Positions 58,902 through 64,000 of a stretch of 64,000 nt of DNA are shown here, one piece after another. Both the position numbers and the translations under genes were made by a program. The DNA is from Gemmatimonadaceae bacterium (GTDB taxonomy: Bacteria; Gemmatimonadota; Gemmatimonadetes; Gemmatimonadales; Gemmatimonadaceae): assembly GCA_044224875.1 (NCBI GenBank), contig JBGAJQ010000015.1, positions 1 through 64,000 of the forward strand. The letters are read 5' to 3'. The stretch's first letter is position 1. Each line of letters starts with the position of its first letter. The notes below the pieces were generated by a model that was not told where the DNA came from, ran no database searches, and saw only the letters and a program-made list of their open reading frames with translations.

Positions 58902-58926
58902 TATCAGAATGATATCACTTTGATAT
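58902..58926. promoter_or_regulatory. TGATATCA-type repeated operator upstream of the SPFH operon (likely RHH-binding site)
   Basis: TATCA-gaa-TGATATCA-ctt-TGATAT: overlapping inverted repeats with 11-bp period. Confidence 0.55.
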
Positions 58927-59046
58927 GTGCACGCAAGGGGGGACTAGGAGCCGAAGCCGCTGCCAGAGTTCGTGGCGCGATACCTGCTCGCAACCCTCCG
59001 CAGGGCAGTCACTTGACACTCACACCCTTGGTGCTCGATTCAGCGA

Positions 59047-59856
59047 ATGACCGCGGCACTTCGACTTGGCACTCAGGGCTGGAACTACGACGCGTGGGTT
59101 GGTCCCTTCTATCCAGAGGGCACCCGACCGACCGACTACCTCACCGTCTTTGCTCGCGCGTTCGACACGGTGGAAGTGGACTCGACGTTCTACGCGATTC
59201 CGCCGGCGAAGACGATACGAGCCTGGGGAGACCGTGTGCCGGCGGGGTTCACGTTTGCCCTCAAGCTGCCGCAGGAAATCACGCACGAGAACCGCCTGCG
59301 CCACTCCGACGACTTGTTGAAGCTGTTCTTCGAGCGTGCCCGTGAATTGGGAGAGAAGCTGGGACCGGTGCTGGTGCAGCTCGGACCAGACTTTTCGCCG
59401 TCTGAGCTGCCGGCGCTCGCTGGATTCCTGCCGAAGTTGCCGCGGGACGCCCAGGTCGCGATCGAGTTTCGCCAGCGCGCGTGGATCCATGAAGGAGTGA
59501 TCGCCCTGCTCGCGGAACACGGAGTGGCGCTCGCCCTCACCGATGCACGGTGGATTCCGCGAAAGGCGATGTTGGCGCTCGCCGAACGACCCACCGCGGA
59601 CTTTGCCTACGTGCGGTGGATGGGCCCAAACCGCGACATCGTGGACTACTCGCGCACACAGGTCGATCGTACGCGCGAGATCGACGCGTGGGTCAAGGTC
59701 CTCCCGCTGTTGGCAAAACGCGTCCAGACGGTCTATGGCTACGCGAATAACCATTTCGCCGGTCACAGTCCGGCTACCGTCCGCGAGCTGCAACACAAGC
59801 TGGGCATGCCGGTCGTCGAGCCAAACCAGCTCGGCGAACAGATGTCACTGTTTTGA
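59047..59856 (+). CDS. DUF72 domain protein
   Basis: GTQGWNYDAWVGPFYP, VEVDSTFY, FALKLPQEITH, IEFR, YANNHFAG. Confidence 0.92.
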   Translation: MTAALRLGTQGWNYDAWVGPFYPEGTRPTDYLTVFARAFDTVEVDSTFYAIPPAKTIRAWGDRVPAGFTFALKLPQEITHENRLRHSDDLLKLFFERARELGEKLGPVLVQLGPDFSPSELPALAGFLPKLPRDAQVAIEFRQRAWIHEGVIALLAEHGVALALTDARWIPRKAMLALAERPTADFAYVRWMGPNRDIVDYSRTQVDRTREIDAWVKVLPLLAKRVQTVYGYANNHFAGHSPATVRELQHKLGMPVVEPNQLGEQMSLF

Positions 59857-59861
59857 ACGCC

Positions 59862-60227
59862 ATGCGTGCAGCGCGTCGCCTCCCAGACGTCGTCGTCTTC
59901 ACCGCGTTGGCCGTGGCGTGCACGTGCCTGTCGTTCGGTGCACTCAGCCTTGGACGCGGGCTTGTCGTGAGTCACGCGACCGCTGCGCTGCGGAGCGCGT
60001 TGGTGCGTGAGAGCGACCTGCTGGCTGAGGGCCCTGTCAGCCAGGTGTTGCACAGCACCGGCTGTCACGAGTCCGAGCCCGGCGCCACAGCGCACCGCTC
60101 GTGCGTATTCCTCTCGGCCGTGGACCGCGATTCGATTCGGGTGGCGTTGCGATTGGAGCCGAGGAGCCGACTCTTGCTGCCCGACTCCGCCGTCTTCATG
60201 CTGCCCTCGCCGTCGCCGTCCAACTGA
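59862..60227 (+). CDS. hypothetical membrane-anchored protein
   Basis: N-terminal hydrophobic segment; follows DUF72 closely. Confidence 0.45.
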   Translation: MRAARRLPDVVVFTALAVACTCLSFGALSLGRGLVVSHATAALRSALVRESDLLAEGPVSQVLHSTGCHESEPGATAHRSCVFLSAVDRDSIRVALRLEPRSRLLLPDSAVFMLPSPSPSN

Positions 60228-60338
60228 CTTTGCCATAGAACCGCTCGTCGAACCCGGTCTGATCCTTCAGATCGATCGCGGTCCATGATCATGTGCCGAG
60301 GCGCCGCGTATCTTTCGGCATACCTCACACCATGACGC

Positions 60339-61070
60339 ATGCCCGTTCCGCGCCGAACGATTGGATTTGTCGTCTTCGCGATCGCCGTGTCGCTCGCCTG
60401 TCTCCGTTTGGGCGTGTGGCAATTGGCGCGACTGAAGGAGCGACGCGCGCATAACGCGGGCATCGCCGCGCGGCTGGCACACCCCGCCGTACCATTCCCC
60501 ACACTCAGCGGCGCACCCGACTCACTTCGTTACCGCTCCACGACGCTGGCTGGCCGTTTCGATTACTCGCAGGAGTTGATCCTGACCGGACGAGCGCGAA
60601 GTGGCTCGCCCGGAGTGTTCTTGCTTACTCCCTTGCTGCGAGCAGGGACAGACACTGCGGTACTGGTACTGCGCGGCTGGATCTATGCGGCCGACGGGAA
60701 AACGGTCGACCTCGCACAGTGGCACGAGGGGGACTCCGTCGCACTCGGCGGCTTTGTGGAGACCTACAACAGGGCCACCGGAACCGCGTCTGTCCCAAAC
60801 GCGCCGCGAGGGCTGCGTTTTGATGATCGCGACTCGCTGGCATCGCGTCTCCCGTACCCCATCGCTGCCATGCTTGTTACCCAGACGAGCGACAGCGCGC
60901 AACGACAGGACCATCCGGCGCGCCTGAAGCTCCCCGCGCTCGACGATGGTCCGCACCAGAGCTACGCAATCCAGTGGTTCTCCTTCGCCGTAATTGCATG
61001 GGTGGGAATCGGTGCCGTGCTCATGAAGGCGAGGAAGTCCTCAACCGAAGTCCCCTCGCCGAGATCGTGA
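60339..61070 (+). CDS. SURF1 family protein
   Basis: LGVWQLARL..R, LLTPL, VLRGW, HQSYAIQWFSFA. Confidence 0.9.
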   Translation: MPVPRRTIGFVVFAIAVSLACLRLGVWQLARLKERRAHNAGIAARLAHPAVPFPTLSGAPDSLRYRSTTLAGRFDYSQELILTGRARSGSPGVFLLTPLLRAGTDTAVLVLRGWIYAADGKTVDLAQWHEGDSVALGGFVETYNRATGTASVPNAPRGLRFDDRDSLASRLPYPIAAMLVTQTSDSAQRQDHPARLKLPALDDGPHQSYAIQWFSFAVIAWVGIGAVLMKARKSSTEVPSPRS

Positions 61071-61148
61071 CGGGAGTGTAAGACTCAGGACTGTGGGAAG
61101 CCTTGCGACCCACGCGTTCCGCACTGAAAGAAGCGAGCACAACGACCA

Positions 61149-63077
61149 ATGAGCGAACACTCGCCACAACCGGCTACCGAGAAAGAGGCCCGCGACGTTG
61201 CCGAAGCGGCGCGCGAAACTGAATGGCAGCACCCGAGCTTCGTGCAGGAGCTTTTTCTCGGGAGGTTTCGGCTTGACTTGATCCATCCGCATCCCGAGCG
61301 GCGTGATCCAGACGAGCAAGCTCGTGCCGAGGTCTTTCTCACGCGTCTTCGAGCCTTCATGGAGCGGCTGGATTCGGAGGAGATCGACCGTACCGGCGAG
61401 ATTCCTGAATCCGTCGTTCAAGAACTGCGCGACATGGGAGCATTCGGCATCAAGATCCCGCGCGAGTACGGCGGGCTCGGGTTGTCGCAAATGACGTACA
61501 TCCGCGCCATGCAGATGGTGACGGCCAAAGACGGCAGCCTCGTTGCCATGCTGTCGGCGTCGCAGTCCATCGGCGTTCCGCAGCCACTGGCGTTGTTTGG
61601 CACGGAGGAGCAAAAGCAGCGCTTCTTTCCGCGTCTGGCCAAGGGCGCGATCAGCGCGTTTGCCCTGACGGAAGTGAACGCCGGTTCCGATCCGGCGAAC
61701 ATGGCCACCACGGCCACGCCCACGGAAGACGGCGAACACTTCATCATCAACGGCGAGAAGCTCTGGATCACGAACGGCACGCGCGCAGAGCTATTCGTCG
61801 TCATGGCGCGCACACCCGACCAGGTCCTTCCGGGCGGTAAGAAGCGCAAACAGATCACGGCCTTCATCGTGGACGCCGCCGCACCGGGCGTCGAAGTGCT
61901 CCATCGTTGCCGCTTCATGGGTTTGAAGGCGATCGAGAACGGCTGGATTCGATTCCGAGACGTGAAGGTGCCACGCGCCAACATCCTCTGGGGCGAAGGA
62001 AAGGGGTTGAAGCTGGCGCTCGTCACCCTGAACACTGGGCGCCTGACGATCCCGGCGGGTTGTGCAGGCGCCGGCAAGGCGATGCTCCGCGTCATTCGCA
62101 GTTGGGCCAACGAGCGCGTTCAGTGGGGTCAGCCGATCGGCCGTCACGACGCGATCGCCCAGAAGATCGGCCGCATGGCGGCTGACACGTTCGCCATGGA
62201 ATCGATCGCCGAGCTTTCGACCGCGCTCTACGAACGCGGAGGATACGACATACGGTTGGAGGCGGCGATTGCCAAGTTGTGGAACACCGAGACGGGCTGG
62301 CGCATCATTGACGACGCGCTGCAGATCCGCGGCGGTCGTGGTTACGAGACAGCCGCGTCGCTGGAGGCGCGCGGCGAAGCACCGATCCCGATCGAACGCG
62401 CGATGCGCGACTTTCGCATCAACCTGATCTTCGAGGGTTCGTCGGAGATCATGCGGTTGTTTATCGCGCGCGAGGCGGTCGACAAGCACTTTGCCCTGGC
62501 GTTCCCGATCGTGAACCCCGATTCCACCATGTCGCAGCGCTTGGCGGCCATGCGGAAGTCGGCGCCCTTCTATGCGACCTGGTATCCCAAGCGATGGCTG
62601 TCGGAACTCAGGCCGACCGCGCATGGCGAGTTTGGTCCGCTGGCGGAGCATGTGCGGTTCATCGAGCGCGCCACGAATCGACTGGGTCGCTCGATCTTCC
62701 ATGCGATGGTGCGATTTGGCCCCAAGTTGGAGCGACGACAACTGGTACTGTTCCGAGCGGTCGACATTGGCGCCGAGTTGTTCGCGATGTCGGCGGCTTG
62801 TGTGAGGGCCCAGATGTTGGCACGGGGGGGTCGAGCCGAGGCGTATGAGCTGGCGGATGTGTTCTGCCGGGGCGCGCGCGGCCGGATCGCGCAGACATTT
62901 CGGGCGTTCTACGGACCCAGCGATGTGGCGCACTATCGTCTGGCGCAGCAGGTGCTCGAGGGCAAGCACGCCTGGTTGGAGGCAGGGATCGCGGGCTGGG
63001 ACCTGGCCACAACGACAGCCAGCACCCCTGCACAGCATTCGAGCGTGGTCGGCGAACCAGTCGCCGCCGTGCGCTGA
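61149..63077 (+). CDS. acyl-CoA dehydrogenase (long, VLCAD-like)
   Basis: AFALTEVNAGSDP, NGEKLWITNG, LNTGRL, QIRGGRGYE, RDFRINLIFEGSSEIMR. Confidence 0.93.
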   Translation: MSEHSPQPATEKEARDVAEAARETEWQHPSFVQELFLGRFRLDLIHPHPERRDPDEQARAEVFLTRLRAFMERLDSEEIDRTGEIPESVVQELRDMGAFGIKIPREYGGLGLSQMTYIRAMQMVTAKDGSLVAMLSASQSIGVPQPLALFGTEEQKQRFFPRLAKGAISAFALTEVNAGSDPANMATTATPTEDGEHFIINGEKLWITNGTRAELFVVMARTPDQVLPGGKKRKQITAFIVDAAAPGVEVLHRCRFMGLKAIENGWIRFRDVKVPRANILWGEGKGLKLALVTLNTGRLTIPAGCAGAGKAMLRVIRSWANERVQWGQPIGRHDAIAQKIGRMAADTFAMESIAELSTALYERGGYDIRLEAAIAKLWNTETGWRIIDDALQIRGGRGYETAASLEARGEAPIPIERAMRDFRINLIFEGSSEIMRLFIAREAVDKHFALAFPIVNPDSTMSQRLAAMRKSAPFYATWYPKRWLSELRPTAHGEFGPLAEHVRFIERATNRLGRSIFHAMVRFGPKLERRQLVLFRAVDIGAELFAMSAACVRAQMLARGGRAEAYELADVFCRGARGRIAQTFRAFYGPSDVAHYRLAQQVLEGKHAWLEAGIAGWDLATTTASTPAQHSSVVGEPVAAVR

Positions 63078-63177
63078 ATCTCTGGGACTTGCCGTGCGCC
63101 TAGCGCGCAGGTGTAGGTCAGTCGCGTGAAGTAGTCAACCAATGGTCATCGTCGCCGTTCACAGGGGGAGTGAAATC

Positions 63178-64000
63178 ATGCGTCGTCTGCTGGCGATTCT
63201 CGCCGTGGTCGGGGTGTCATCCTGTGGTCGTCCGGTGCGCGTGTCACCGGGGGCAGAGCGGGTAGAGCCGGTCGTGCGCGTACTCTCTCTTAACGACGTC
63301 TACGTCGCCGATGCCCTGCGTGACGGCACGGGGGGAGTGGCACGAGTCGCCTACCTGCGCGACTCGTTGGCTCGTCGGGGTCCGCTACTGTTCTTGCTGG
63401 CGGGGGACGTGCTGGCCCCGAGCCTGCTGAGCAAGTGGTACGGTGGGTCGCAGATGGTCGAAGTGTTCAACGCCGCAAAGCTCGACTACGCGACGCTGGG
63501 CAATCACGAGTTCGACATCACCCAGGCGCAGCTGGAATCCCGTTTGCGGGAATCGCGCTTCAAATGGGTTGCGGCAAACTGTCGGCGCGCGGACGGAACG
63601 TCCTTTCCCAATGTGCGAGGATGGGACACCGTGCGAACAGCGGGCGTCTTGGTCGGCGTCGTCGGCGCCACGCTGGTGACGCGATATCCTCGATGGGTCA
63701 GGTGCACCGAGCCCGAGACCGCGGTCCATGCGGCGCTGGACACCCTTCAGCGCGCGGGGGCGCGCTTCATCGTTGGCCTGACGCACCTGTCGGTGCGGTC
63801 GGACTCCGCGCTGCTCGCCAATGAACCGCGAATTGACCTCATCGTCGGTGGACACGAGCACACACAGCAACGCGTCGAGATTGGGCAGCGCCTCGTGCGG
63901 AAGGCCGACTCTGACGCCCGTACCGCCGTTCTGGTGGATGCGTTCGCCCAGGGTGACCGTTGGCGCGTGGTGGATCAGCTGGTGCCGATCAACGCGATGC
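63178..64000 (+). CDS. 5'-nucleotidase/metallophosphoesterase lipoprotein (partial, runs off the window)
   Basis: Not in the ORF track; reads MRRLLAILAVVGVSSC...LNDVY...GGVAR...AGD...LGNHEFD...LTH...IVGGHEH. Confidence 0.88.
   Translation, partial: MRRLLAILAVVGVSSCGRPVRVSPGAERVEPVVRVLSLNDVYVADALRDGTGGVARVAYLRDSLARRGPLLFLLAGDVLAPSLLSKWYGGSQMVEVFNAAKLDYATLGNHEFDITQAQLESRLRESRFKWVAANCRRADGTSFPNVRGWDTVRTAGVLVGVVGATLVTRYPRWVRCTEPETAVHAALDTLQRAGARFIVGLTHLSVRSDSALLANEPRIDLIVGGHEHTQQRVEIGQRLVRKADSDARTAVLVDAFAQGDRWRVVDQLVPINAM

Overview
A high-GC bacterial genomic window. Gene content and style suggest Gemmatimonadota (inference only). It has two halves. (1) About 1-24.9 kb is an accessory/defence-type island. 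It holds a protein with a C-terminal HEPN-like motif, an orphan DUF2283 antitoxin whose partner is deleted, an AAA_14/DUF4143 ATPase, two Uma2 paralogs, a Phd-VapC pair, and three small-protein + nucleotidyltransferase modules (two decayed). It also holds a PLD-helicase-DUF3427 protein with a MutT-like NUDIX gene, an alpha/beta-hydrolase / ECF sigma / double-zinc-finger / GAF-like cluster, several lipoproteins, and a four-gene cassette with its own divergent Lgt and LspA flanking an atypical LamG lipoprotein and a Cys-rich helical protein. (2) About 25-64 kb is mostly housekeeping: threonine dehydratase, a polyphosphate operon (DUF4956, CYTH/NUDIX-like-PPK1 fusion, SdiA-regulated propeller, kinase-like-Omp85 fusion), amidase, PhhB, BI-1, an ECF/anti-sigma/DUF4097 operon, HAD, an N6-MTase + SNF2 helicase pair, a second DUF4956 + secreted kinase-like gene, a DAACS transporter, MntH/USP/MntR, an SPFH operon, DUF72, SURF1, acyl-CoA dehydrogenase and a partial 5'-nucleotidase. 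I saw no rRNA, tRNA, CRISPR array, integrase or transposase. All family calls come from reading motifs by eye, not from database searches.
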